Shown here: one piece after another, positions 23,030 through 35,171 of the stretch
Layout: every line of letters starts with the position of its first letter
How positions within the stretch are numbered: the stretch's first letter is position 1
DNA from: Macrostomum hystrix
Taxonomy: Eukaryota; Animalia; Platyhelminthes
Reading direction: 5' to 3'
Length of the DNA: 64,000 nucleotides
Assembly: GCA_950097015.1 (NCBI GenBank)
Contig: CATNEN010000003.1
Span: 2,232,001 to 2,296,000 of the forward strand
The notes under the pieces: generated by a model
Database searches by the model: none
Told to the model about the DNA's origin: nothing
Seen by the model: the letters and a program-made list of their open reading frames with translations, nothing else
Translations under genes and position numbers: made by a program

Positions 23030-24989
23030 GATTCAAACCAAGGGCAGCTCAACATCGAGTATGCGAGCACATCTGAAAAATGTGCATGGAATCTCTATTG
23101 ATTCTCAGGCTAAAGCTTTGGCTGAAACGCCTGAAAACATTGCACTAGGTGGAGGAGCAGGAACTAATTCCACACCTGGAGCTCAGCAAAAAAGACCAGC
23201 TGCTGAGCCTTTGGCTTCTACCACAAATAAGCCTGCGTCAACATCAAGTTCTGGCAACCAGCTTCTTGGCTCAGCTGCTTTGCCAAAGCAACCAAAAATT
23301 GTCGAATTCATGAGCCGAAATGACTCGAAAGCAAGAAGACGACAATGCTGTTTTTGCTCGAATGGTTGCCAAGGATGGCCTCGCTTTCCAACTATTCATC
23401 ACATCGGAAGACATTCGAGCTGGCCTCCATGCTCGAGGTTTCAAGGTCCCAAAGTCTAGAGAGACAATTAAATCACGAGTCATGCAATTTGCTGATTTCA
23501 TTGAAGCACAAATCAAGGCTGACCTGGTGCAACGACGTGAATCTGGTGAGCGATTTGCTGTGACTCTTGATGAATGGACAGGAAGAAACAACAGACATTA
23601 TATGAACATAAATGTTCACCTTGAAGACCACACGAGCCATAATCTGGGTCTGTTGCGAGTTCAGGGATCCCCAAATGCTGAAGCTTGCTTGGAGTTGCTG
23701 ACTGAGCGTCTTAACAATCTAGGCTTGAACATTAAACGTGACATTGTTGCATGCACAACGGATGCAGCTGCCATGATGGTGAAGTTCGGGCGGCTAATCG
23801 AGTCTGAGCACCATCTTTGCTTCGCACATGGTGTTCATTTGGCAGTTTCGGATGTGTTGTATAGCCGTGCAACCACCTTGGACTCCGAAGCAACTTTGGG
23901 AGATTACTCCCAAACGAGCTGGATGAGCTGGATGCTATTGCTGCTGATGCGGAGGATGCCGATGCCGATCCAGCTACTCTGTGGGAATTCGAAACTGACG
24001 ATCTGGCTTCTGCAGTTGAGCTTAAACCAACTGTTCAAAATGTGGTCAAAAAAGTTCGGCAAGTTGTCAAGCTTTTTCGAAAATCACCTGTGCGCAATGA
24101 CACTCTCCAGGCTTTTGTCAAAGCGAGTCATGGCTCAGAGTTGAGTCTCCTGTTAGATGTTCGGACGCGATGGAACTCACTCCTGTACATGGTAGATCGG
24201 TTTCTAGAGATTGCAAAGCCTGTACAGAACGCAATGATCCAGTGTGATCTCGAATGGCCATTTGATCGTCAGGACATTCAACTCCTGAATGAGATCAGTC
24301 AGGCTCTAAAGCCTATTGAGCTTGTTGTGAAAACTCTCTGTCGGCGTGAATGCACTATTGTAACTGCAATTAGTGCAGTCGAATTCGCCACCATTACGCT
24401 CGCAAGCCAGAAAAGTGCCATTGCGGGTGAGCTCGCTGCTGCTCTAAAATCACGCGTTCAAGATCGTTGTGGATCGACTGTTACAGCAGCAAATTTTCTT
24501 TTCCGATATGGCAACAGCAACACTGACTCAAAGTGCGAGCTCAACTTCGTCAAGTACACTTTGATCGCATTGGCGGAAAAACTAGAGCTGTGCCCTCTCC
24601 CAGAATCTGAGGTGGAGCCAACCTCTGGTAGCAGCACTGACTTGGCCTCGGCGCTGCCTCCAGTGCAGACTCAGCAACTTCAACACGAGACACCATGTCC
24701 ACTGGCATCATCATCCTTGGAGGATCAACTTGAGGCATTTCTCAGAAGAAGTCCTCAACTGCAACTGCAAGTATGCTCAACTCTGGAGAGTCGCATTGGC
24801 CGTGAACTGGAGTTCCTTCGCATTGCGCATCAGCGGGGAACACTGCTGACACAGCTTTTTGATAAGCTTCTACTAATTCCGCCAACAAGTGTTAAAGCCG
24901 CTAGTGGCCTTTTTCTATCAAAGGTCAGGTCCCGGTTGTCAGACAGGACACTGTCCCGGCTGATTATGCTTCGTCACTATTTTTTTTAA
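23030..24989 (+). pseudogene. hAT transposase, frameshifted
   Basis: BED-finger tail (SSMRAHLKNVH), TLDEWT, TTDAA, CFAH, TRWNS, SRLSD; two frameshifts; the catalytic E segment after PPTSV is missing. Confidence 0.92.
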
Positions 24990-25032
24990 GTGATTTTTCT
25001 GAATTTACTAAAGAGTAAAGACTATATTTATG

Positions 25033-25533
25033 CAGTGTTGGGCATCGTTAGATTTTTTTAACTTCGTTAAGTTAATAAGCGTTAACAAAAAAACTTTAAC
25101 TTTAACTTCAACTTTAAAAAAATAAATTTAACTTCGTTAATAAAAGTTAAAAGTTAAATTTACTCAAATTTAGTCCTGAATATATTAAGCTGCACCAGAG
25201 TACCCGTATTTTCCATTTGCCCTTTCATACTGGTTCTGATTCCTGAATTGGAATTACTCTGCTTCTGGAACTTATCGTGAACTTTCTCGTGAAAAGTCTA
25301 GTCATGGACTCGTTATGTAAAAAATTAACCCGGAAGCAAGAAAGCTTCCTAGATTTGTAAATGTCTCATAAATATGTTAACGGACCAAGCCAATTGTTAA
25401 ATTGAAAAAAAGTAACAAAAATTCGTTAAAAAGTTAACCCGAAAAAAATTAACTTAGGTCCGTTAACTTTTAAGAAAAAACTTAACGCTTATTAACATTT
25501 TAACGCTTTTTAACGGACCAATGCCCAACACTG
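25033..25533. mobile_element. hAT-type MITE (501 bp) nested in the hAT
   Basis: Perfect 13-bp TIR CAGTGTTGGGCAT; 8-bp TSD TATTTATG; subterminal GTTAA/TTAAC repeats. Confidence 0.95.
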
Positions 25534-27940
25534 TATTTATGTTTGTTTATGCTAAAGGTTAAAGAGTTTTAAAGACTAGTTCCAGTCAGTTTGATCGCGC
25601 CGGTTGGATTGGAGTAGTATGGGTTAGCTTTTTTAAAATTTTCATTTTATAATTCTATTTTTTTGTTTGTTTATCCGCTTTCTGCGCATTTTATTTTCTC
25701 GCGTATTTTTGAATCTGCGCGGAACAAAGAGGCAAGCGTTAGACGGACCCGACCCCACTTCCCCCTCGTTACCCTGTGTAGAGCATCTTAGAATTAGAGC
25801 TGTAGAGTGATCCGAGAGCTCTGAGTTCTGAGTTCTGAGTTCTGAGTTCGTGAGCGAGAGTGAGTCTTTAGATCGTGAGAGTTAAGGTCCCCTTGAGTGT
25901 GAAGACTGTGAACTTTTACTTGGGTTGATATGTTCCCCAAGTAGACCTGTTTAATTCCTGACAGACTGTGTTTGTAAGTAACACAGGAGGAAGGAACTTT
26001 GTTCTTTTAGTTTAGGATATTAGGAACTTTGGGGATAGGATTATTTGTTCTGCAATTTAACTTGTCTTCGCTAATTCTGTTGCGCCCAAATTTTGGCTGC
26101 CATTATTTTACAATTTTATTTGTCATTAATAAATAAGTGAAAGTGAAGTTTATTTTCTGTTAAAATTAGTAATAAGTTTAGTGAATTAAATCTGAAGGCG
26201 ACAATTGTTGTTTTGTTAATTAAATTTGCTTCGTGGTGGCAGCACTACTAAGTCCATTAAACTTAAAATTAAACTTGAAATTAAATCTAAGTTGAACTTG
26301 AAGTATAAATCTAAATTGGGGCCTAATCTAAAACTATCTAAGTCTAAACCTAAAAACATCAAGGGTTCGCCGTTTCTAATCTAACCATCCCAGGGTACCG
26401 CCATTTCGAGACTGTGACCAGTTTGCCTTGGCCATAATCATCAAATTAATCAATCATTGCTACCAGTGCATCATTAAGATTAAAGTTATTATTCAGCAAA
26501 ATTAAGAGTTCGCGAATTAGTTCGAACTGATCCGAACTAAATCTCAATTTATATTAAGTTCACATTGGGTCTTTATTTTAGTTCGCATTTAGTCCGCATT
26601 GGCTACGGAACGATTCCGAAGAAAGTCCACGGAAAATTTGAATTGTCGCGATATTCAATTTCCGCGAAACCTAACTATAACAAATTTAAAATTAATAATT
26701 CCAAGAAATTTTATTATTATTAATCGGCACGCACACCTTTAACAAATTCACGATTGTATATAAGTTCCATCTTCTATGCTTATTTAGTGCTTTTTAAAAA
26801 CTTGGCACACAAACCGGTTTTTAAAGACCGGTTTTCTTATAAAAGGCAGTTTTCAAACCGGTTAACCGGTTCTCAAAAAGGGCCGGTTTTTGGCATGTCT
26901 AGTTCTGCCTGTTGATTTGTCCCCGCCTCAGGGCAGCCCACAGGACATTGAGGATGGGAACTCGGCCCGGAGCGCGAGGCAGCTCCGGCTCGATGTGGAA
27001 GCCGTGCAGGCGAGCTGCTCTCATCTTGAGCAGCCAGGCCACACCGAGCTGCTTGACTCTGGCTGAGAGCATTGGCATGCCGGCCAGTTTGTGAAGGTAT
27101 TCGGTGCTCAGGTAAGAAGGCACACCGTAGCAGATGCGCAGACCAAGGTTCTGGATCTTTTGCAGCTTGATCTGGTTGGTGACGCAGATCAGAGTCAAGA
27201 TTGGGGCGCCGTAGGTGAGAGAGCACTCTCACCATAGGCCCTGTACAGCATCCTGAGAGCGACGCTGCTCAGCTTGGTGATCTTGGCGATGCGGCACAGG
27301 GACATGACAATGGCCCTGCACGTGTTCGCCATGTTGTCGACGTGTTTGTTCAAGCAGAGATTGGCGTCAAGGAGGACACCTAGAAATTTCACTTCCTGAC
27401 AGTAGGGGACCTCCGTCTGTCCCAGCTGCAGTTTGGGTCGCAAGTCGGCGCGAGCTGTCGGCTTGTAGTTGAAGGCGATTGCCTTGCTCTTGTCGGCATT
27501 CTGATGCCTTGCTTGCCGCACCACTCCCATATTTGTCTGAGGTAGCTCTGGAGGCATATCCGCAGACCAGCAAAGGTGTCTGCGGAGGCCCAGATGGCCA
27601 TGTCGTCAGCAAACTGACTGCGTTTCACGTTTGGATTTTCAGAAATCGGCATTGTGCTGACGTACAGCAGGTACAGGAGAGGACTCAAGATGCCTCCTTG
27701 AGGTACTCCAGCTAGGATTCTGATCAACTCACTGAGCGAGTTGTTGACTCGCACCTGGATGTACCTGTTCCTAAGGTAGTCGGACAGGATGCGTTGCAGC
27801 ATTGAAGGCAAGCCAGCGTTGAGCATGCGGCTCCTAAGCATGTCGTGCCAGGCAGAGTCAGTATCTGTATTTATACAGACTCAGGGTCTGTATTTAGGGA
27901 AGTATCTAGTCAGAGCCAACCAGTCTTTCAGTTTTGAGAT

Positions 27941-29890
27941 TTAATTAGACCTTTTGTTTGACAGTTTGTATAGCCTAGTGAAGAGAGGGGTGTTTGTGCC
28001 AATGGGAAGGCTAATGTCGTGCGGTACTGTATCTAGACCATGTATTTTGTTTAATTTTCCCTTTAGGAACCAGGATGAAGCCAGGTTTTCAAGTCTGGTC
28101 TTCACAGGCTCCATGTTCGAGATCTTATGTAAGTATTTTGTGCAACATTGTTTTGGTGCCCCGTGGCACATTCTGAGTATGTAGGCTCTATAGATTCTGA
28201 TTAGAGATTTATTTGTAGCATTTGTTAAGTGTGCTACTCTGTATAGTTGTAGCAGGCCGGTTTCACATTGTTTGATTCGGTTGTTTATTTGGGCATTGAA
28301 GTTAAGGTTGGTATCCAGTTGGATGCCAAGGAACTTAACATTGGAATGATAGGGAATAATTGTCTTGTCTAGAGTGATGGGAGGGGGTTGGCCGAAGCCG
28401 TGGTGAGGAGTCTTGAATGCTATAGCTTTGCTTTTGTGTGGGTTGACTTTAATGCCGCATTTTTTCAACCATTTGTGAAAAATTTGGATATTATCTTGTA
28501 GGAGTTTGGCTGCCAGATGAGCCTTTCCAGACTGGCTCCATATGGCAGTATTATCTGCATACTGGCTGGCTCTGACTCTAATGTATTTGGGTCTGGGCAT
28601 GGTAGCTACAAAGATGAGAAATAGGACAGGGCTAAGGACGCCACCTTGTGGGACGCCTGCGTCTGGGGTGAATTCATCACTGAATTCGTTGTTTACTCTT
28701 ACTGAGATTTATCTATTTTCGAGATAGTTGGAAAGGACCCTAGCAAAGGGAGTGGGGAGTCTGATTTTGTGAAGGCGATACCTCAGGGCATCATGCCATA
28801 CCTTGTCAAAGGCGCCTTCAATGTCAAAGAAGACACCTATAGTGGATCTATTTCTGTTTCGGGCATCATAGATGTCGTGGGCTAGTCTGGCGAGATTATC
28901 GTAGGCACAGTGCTTTTCGCGATTTGCGCATTGGTTGTATCCTAGTATGTTGTTTTCTTCTAGAAATTTGCAGAGTCTTTTCTTGAGAATTTTTTCAAAC
29001 AGCTTACCTAAGCAAGAGGTAAGACTGATTGGTCTATAGCTGAGTGGGTCATGTTTGGGTTTGTCGGGTTTGGGTAGCATCGTTAAACGAGCTTTTTTCC
29101 ATATGGTGGGGAAGTAACCAAGGGAGAGGCAGGTGTCTAGGATTTTGGTGAGAATTGTTATTGCAGTAGGGCTCAAGCCCCGTTTGAGCACTATGTTAGG
29201 GATGTTGTCTAGACCCTGGGCTCCTCCTGACCTAAGGTGGGCGAGTTCCCAGGTGACATCAGCGATTTGTATGGGTGCGGTGAGATAATTGGAGTCGTTG
29301 ATGTTGGAGATTTCAAGATGGTTTAGAGGTTTGAAGTTTGGATGGTTTGTGATATGTTTGGCGATCTTAGTTCTGCGTCTCTTGTTTTGACTGGGTTCGG
29401 GTTTCATTTTGTCTGATAGGGCTTCAGCCAACAAGTTGGCTTTGTCCCTATCAGTGATGGCAGTTTTGGGTTTTGGTGCCCATGATAATTCTTATCTCTT
29501 TCCAGAAAGAGCAGAACGTATATACAATAAAACATAATGATACAACTAAAACACTGTCACATGTATATAAGCGAGACGTTTAGAAGGTCTAGCTTCGGAT
29601 CGCTGGTCTGGACTTTGAAAGAAATTTTTTCATGGTTGACATTGTCGTACGAGACTTTAACTTCCGATAGTTTGATATACTCTCTGTAGGCCACGAGTAG
29701 ACCTCGACTACAGTGTGGCATATCCAACCGAATGGTGGAGTAGCCAGGGAAGAAGATAATATTTGAGCTGGTGAGGACCGTCTCCGAGAAGAGGGCTATA
29801 TCAATGGATTGACTTCTCAGGAAGTCATTGAGTTCTTAGATTTTGTTAAGGATACTGTTGCAATTTAAGTGGAGAATGGTAAGTTCTTCT
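27941..29890 (-). pseudogene. LINE ORF2 (APE endonuclease + RT), disrupted and internally deleted
   Basis: LTILHLNCNSI...IDIALFSET (APE, about 29750-29890), SYRPISLTSCLGKLFE, FFDIEGAFDKVWH, GVPQGGVLSP, QYADN (catalytic D lost), VKFLG. Confidence 0.92.
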
Positions 29891-29999
29891 ACCTTAAAAT
29901 TGTTATTGTTATTACTCTCGCCTTTCTAGTTTGTTGTAGGAGTGGGAGGGGGTCTTTAGTTTTATTTCTGGCTTTGCTAAGGTATCTGTTCTAAAGAAT

Positions 30000-31889
30000 T
30001 TACATATTTAGCAGGTTTTCCTTGAGTTTCTCACACCTTTCCGCAATTACAGCAGTCGTCAGCTCCGGCGATGACCAGCCGGTGATGGCTTCAACGAGCT
30101 TAGCCGCAGTCTCAACTAGGCTGGCGACACTTAGCTGCCCAGGGCTGGCGTAAGCGAAATGAACTAGCATACAGGCGACCGCCTGGAGTAGTTCGCCACT
30201 GCTGACTTTGGGACCGCTGTATGATTGGCGGGTGGGCTTAGTTGCCGCTTCAAGTCGGCTGTCCGACACTACGCTAGCGTAGGTGCGCGGTGGTTGGTCA
30301 AGACAAGGCTGGTCTGGCCGAATGCCTAAGGATTTTTGGCCGATACCTGAAGGCAAGAGACCTAATTCTTGGTGCAAGGATTGCTTGGTCGGTTGATTGA
30401 CCAATGGCGTTGCGCGTGTCAGCTGGGGTCGATTACGCTGAACCCAGGCCTGTACTCGCTGGTTTGCGGACTTGATCCTGACGACACCTGTAATCCGAGG
30501 CTCGGTTTCTTTAATTCACTCCAGGAATTCACCCAGGTCGATGTCACGGCTGACATTATTGATAATGAAAGAATGGCTCTTGGGTGCGGAGATGCTGGTA
30601 GGAAGTCGTGGCTTGGAGCTTGGTGGAACATCCGGCTTGCGCAGGGGCAGGCGGCGCTCGACACCCTGACCATCGATGGTGGTGATTTTGAGGTCGTCTG
30701 TCAGGAGATGATGTGCCCCTTGATGGTCGACGGCGAATACTTTGTAGCCGGTAGTCAGGTAGCACCGTTGAACAGATCGGATGCGAATGTTTGGATAATT
30801 CTCCTTTAGGAACTTCTCGAAAGGGAGCTCGTCCGGAAGAACGTTCGTAAAGGTGAACAACACTGGTGCTAGCTTGGCTTGTGATTGAGTTTGAGTTTGG
30901 CTGCGTGGTGATAAGTGCCGAGAGCCGGCGACTGAGTGGAACGAGCCACCATCGGATGTCGCAGCGGCGGCAGCAGCAGCAGCGAAGCTGGCTGGATCAT
31001 TGTTTGGAGGAGCTGACTCAGGGTCAGAGTTACCTTGGCCTTGGAGTATTGTGATGTCATGAATTGCTGGTGATGTGACGCGAAAGGTGAGGTTGATGCG
31101 AAGATCTTTGATGGATGGATCACGAGGAAGAGCGTGCTGTGTGAGTCTGGGTGTCGCCTTTTATTATGAGCAGCGATCCATGTGCAAGAGTTTGTGTGAA
31201 GAGTGAGATGCCTGATGATTTTGAGCGGATGCGGAACTCGCGAGGAGCACCGATTGAGATGGAGGCGATTGTCGGATTTTGACCAAGCTCAGGTTCGTCG
31301 TCTGCGTGGTAGCCGATTGACTCATTGCCATTCTCGTAGAAGTTTACTAGACAATAATTGAAGGCTGGAAGTCCTAATCTCCTTGGAATTGCCCTGGATC
31401 GTTTCGCTAGAGTATGTGTAAGGCGGGCCGTACCAAAAGATTTTGCGAGGTTCGGCTCGTCCATTGGTGTGATGGCGTGAGGCACGAGGCAGAATGTCGG
31501 TGGTGAGAGTAGTTGGAAGGTCGTTGGCGATATCTTTGAAGGGGTGCAGATGAGATTGGACATGTGTTTCCGATGAGAAGTTTGGAGAAAAAGCCTTTGG
31601 TTGAGATTAGAGGATGATCATAATTGTGAGTTTGAGATTGAGATTGAACAGGTGAGACACCTTTGGACGTCCGTGTCTCTTCTGTTGAAGATGGCCTATT
31701 GGAGGAGTTGTTGGAGGTGTCCATTGGACTAACTGAGTCAGCGGTTTGCTTCGGAACCGTGCTGACTTCAGCCTGCGTCGGCTTTGGAATACTGGATTGG
31801 TTGGATTGGCGTCTAGCTTTCTTATCGTCCGGTTCTAGAATGGCTTTGGTCGTCGCATTGGTCGATTGATGTTGGCGTTTGTCCTTTTC

Positions 31890-31925
<36 letters not shown>

Positions 31926-31961
31926 CTGGTGCTGGGTCTTCTTATTGTTGTTTTGCTGCAT
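30000..31961 (-). pseudogene. LINE ORF1: poly-Q N-terminus, AlkB dioxygenase domain, then RRM-like ORF1 body
   Basis: After a frameshift near 31140 the AlkB C-terminus (QHALPRDPSIKDLRINLTFR) reads without a stop into the 30516-30863 ORF (..HSFIINNVSRDID..); C-terminal YASVV motif. Confidence 0.8.
31078..31465 (-). pseudogene. ALKBH2/ALKBH3-type 2OG-Fe(II) dioxygenase domain
   Basis: EPRKIFWYG.PYTYS, FNYCLVNFYENGNESIGYHADDE (HxD), IASISIGAPREF, HGSLL, distal His (31134-31136), RINLTFR (31080-31100). Confidence 0.93.
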
Positions 31962-32267
31962 GTCTATTCTATTCTATACTAATTTGTAAATAATAAATAA
32001 AAATATAACTGTATTAAACTGTATATACTACTTAAAACTTAAAACTGCAAAGAATTGCCTTAAAACTTTATTTATTTGCTAAATGCTAGATGTCGCGTTG
32101 GTAGAGCAGAGAGTGAAGAATGATGCAGGATACAGGTGAACAAAGGAAAAGGTATTCGAGTAAGAATGGAGAAAGAAGAGAGGGGTCCAAGCACAGGCGA
32201 ATGGGTTGACTAACGCAGTGGAGGTACGCGTGAGAAAGCATAGTCCACAGACAGGGGGGCACGGACA

Positions 32268-32398
32268 GAGGGCAAGGGGCACAGGCAAAGGGGCAGGGGG
32301 CACAGGCAAGGGGCGCGGCAAGGCGCAAGGGCAGGGGGCACAGGCAAGGGGCGCAGCAAGGCGCAGGGGCAGAGGGCAAGGGGCGCGGCAAGGTGCAA
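32268..32398. repeat. G-rich short tandem repeat (ggggcacaggcaa-like) in the LINE 5' UTR
   Basis: Direct inspection. Confidence 0.8.
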
Positions 32399-33328
32399 CA
32401 AGGGAGGGCTCCTCTAACGAGGAAAGAAAAAGCCTCCTAAGAGGAGGAGAGAGGAGAAACTAACCTAGCCTAAGGCCCTAGGGGAAGGATACTCTCAAAA
32501 GTATAAATCTAGCTCGACAAGCACCTAAAACCATACTAGAGAATGTGGCTCTAGCTTGGAAACGGTTGTCTGGATTTTTCTTGTCGCACTGCACTTGGAC
32601 GTGTGCCTACCAGAAAGTGAGGAAGGTCGGGAGTTCAGGTCTGCCTTTTTGCCTCTGCGAGCGGTTATATTTATATTCCCCGTCCCACAAGGGAGAGGGG
32701 AGAACATTAACACTTTAACAAACCCTTCGAGTAAAATAATTGTTTTAGCGGGAATTTGACTTAAAATTTATACGGTATTAAAACGGGTCTGCCTCAATAT
32801 AAACTAGCTAAAGTAAAGATAATGTCAATATAGCTAAAATAAGCTAAAGTCTAAAAACAAGAGAACAAGGTTGGTTTAATATTAAATCATTTGCTTGGAA
32901 TCATACAGTACTTTAAGTATTAAAACTGTCAATTCTTAACAAAATAGATCCTGTCTTGATTATTGATAAATGTAACTAGGTCTAGGCTGCCCTAGCCTAG
33001 GCATAGCTAGTATATATAGGTAGCTATATATTTAAATACTTATTTTATATAGAAATAATAAAACTAAAATAAAGAAGCAGTGAGTTAGGCATACAATTAT
33101 AACCAACTATTTTTTATCATATATTGCTAATAAATAGATGCTTTCGATTAAACTGAGATTGTAAAATTCAAGTAGGCCTAATTCACTAGTTAGCTTCAGG
33201 CTATAATTGCTACATGATATAGTAACTAAAATAATATGAATATCAATTGGTCATGAAAATTTTTTTTTAATTCGTTGAAGCAACATATTTTTATAGTTCT
33301 TTATAGTTTTTTATAGTTTTTTTATTTA

Positions 33329-33670
33329 CAGTTCAGATGTGAATAACTTTTGAACTGTACTACAAATGTACTCAAAATTTGATATGCACTGATAACTCGC
33401 TTGCTGTTCAAAGACTGTAAAGTTTGGTTGAAATTGATGCAGTGAAAGTGGCTCTATTCTGAATATAAATATGGCATCTAAGATTGCATATAAATGCATT
33501 GCAGAGATAGGCAAGCACAGTTTAGACGTGAATAACTTTCGAACTGTACTACAAATCAACTCCAAATTTGATATGACTGATAACTCGCTTGCTGTTCAAA
33601 TACTGTAAATTTTCATGTGATTTGGTACAACAGAGCCAGAGTGTTTGTTATATTTCGAATATAAATCTGA
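33329..33670. repeat. Tandem duplication of about 189 bp, next to the gypsy insertion site
   Basis: cagttcagatgtgaataac at 33329 recurs as cagtttagacgtgaataac at 33518. Confidence 0.75.
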
Positions 33671-34418
33671 ATATATATCGGGGTGTGACGAATAAAGGTT
33701 AGTGTAGCGGTAATATCGTCGAATTATTTGATATAAATGTGTATATATATTTCCAAAGTAATCTCGATGCTCACACGCTCGACACAAGGCAGGGCAGAGC
33801 AGAAAAATATACATACGTTGCTTTTTAAAAAGGACAGCTAATTCTTAGAATGATACAATATAACAATAATTAGTAAACATGCTTAGCATATAAATAATAA
33901 TCTTGTCAGCAACTTGTAATGTAGCGAATTACTATAAAATAAATAAGCAATTAAACTACCAATTAAACTACAATTAAAGGTTACACCGTCACACCCGCCT
34001 CCCTCCCCAAAAGGCGGTAGGTGAGCGCAAAAAGATCGAAAGCATTAAATTACGAGAAATAGCTAGTATAAATGTCTCTTAGAGTCGAACAACGTGAAAG
34101 GGTGTTTAAAAACCGAAGCAAACTAAATTTTTCTTCGCAAGCAACCTACTACGAGTAATAATGCTGGAAATGACAATCGAAATACGAATATTCTTGGTCA
34201 CAAAATTGGCACGAAAAATATTTGACTGATTTAGGAAATTAAAATGCACTGGCGGAAACACGATATGAGAAAAATATTGTATTTGAGATATTCGTTAGAA
34301 GAACTGTTATAGTATTGATTATAGTCCAAGTTATCATATAAAAAATTCCTGACTAGATCGCTGTACGGTGTGGTGCTCTACAAGTCATTTACGGAGTTCG
34401 AGGCAACGTCACGGTCGC

Positions 34419-34682
34419 GCCTGTGGTGGCCCTGGAACGCCTGTTGTGACCTGGATCGCCTGTGCTGGCCCTGGAACGCCTGTTGTGGCCTTGATCGCCT
34501 GTGGTGGCCCTGGAACGCCTGTTGTGGTCTTGATCGCCTGTGGTGGCCCTGGAACGCCTGTTGTGGTCTTGATCGCCTGTGGTGGCTCTGGAAAGCCTGT
34601 TGTGGCCTTGATCGCCTGTGGTGGCCCTGAAACGCCTGTTGTGGTCTTGATCGCCTGTGGTGGCTCTGGAACGCCTGTTGTG
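34419..34682. repeat. 39-bp tandem repeat (about 7 copies) in the 3' region of the gypsy element
   Basis: Unit gcctgtggtggccctggaacgcctgttgtggtcttgatc. Confidence 0.95.
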
Positions 34683-35171
34683 CAGCAGCCACCGACGTCT
34701 TGGCAGCTGGCGGCGACTGGCCTGCCCGCCCCTTTACTAACTAACTGAGCCACCCGCCCGAGAAGAGAAGGAAAGGAGAGAGAAGAAAAACCGGCGACCT
34801 AAACTCACGAGACCGCGAAAATGATGCCAGGAACCAGAGAAATGAACGGAGAGTGCTCGCTGCACCGTCAACCCTACAGCCCGAAGCGCAGGCATCCACT
34901 GAACAGTAAGTGCGGCAAGCGGACGGACTAACAGCAACCTGGTATCCGATACCAAGAAATAAATATAATGTCAAATTTTTGTTTCTTTAACTTGCTTTTT
35001 TATTTTTTATTTAATTTTCAGGAAAACGTTTTTCCTTTTTTTTGACGTTTTTTCACATTTTTCATTTAAAAAGAGTTCCCTAGTTTTATACAGTAAGAAC
35101 TTGGGACGTAGGCGGCGAAATCTTTGCTACATGTACGAGCTAACTTCCTAGGTGCACGTAGGCACGGTTAT

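Larger units (their letters stand above)
22209..26901 (+). mobile_element. hAT DNA transposon
   Basis: Imperfect 12-bp TIR TAGGGATGCCAA / TTGGCATGTCTA; 8-bp TSD GTTCTGCC (22201-22208, 26902-26909); subterminal AACCGGTT repeats at both ends. Confidence 0.95.
22085..27860 (-). mobile_element. 5'-truncated LINE (RT C-terminal part plus 3' end), split by a hAT insertion
   Basis: GVPQGGILSP, QFADD and VKFLGV motifs at 26910-27841 with frameshifts; the reading continues (..RQN-PLPIQG*) on the other side of the hAT TSD at 22208. The left boundary is approximate. Confidence 0.85.
27880..32500 (-). mobile_element. Near full-length decayed APE-type LINE (ORF1 with AlkB domain, ORF2 EN-RT)
   Basis: 5' UTR, ORF1, ORF2 and 3' UTR in order on the minus strand; boundaries approximate. 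Confidence 0.9.
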
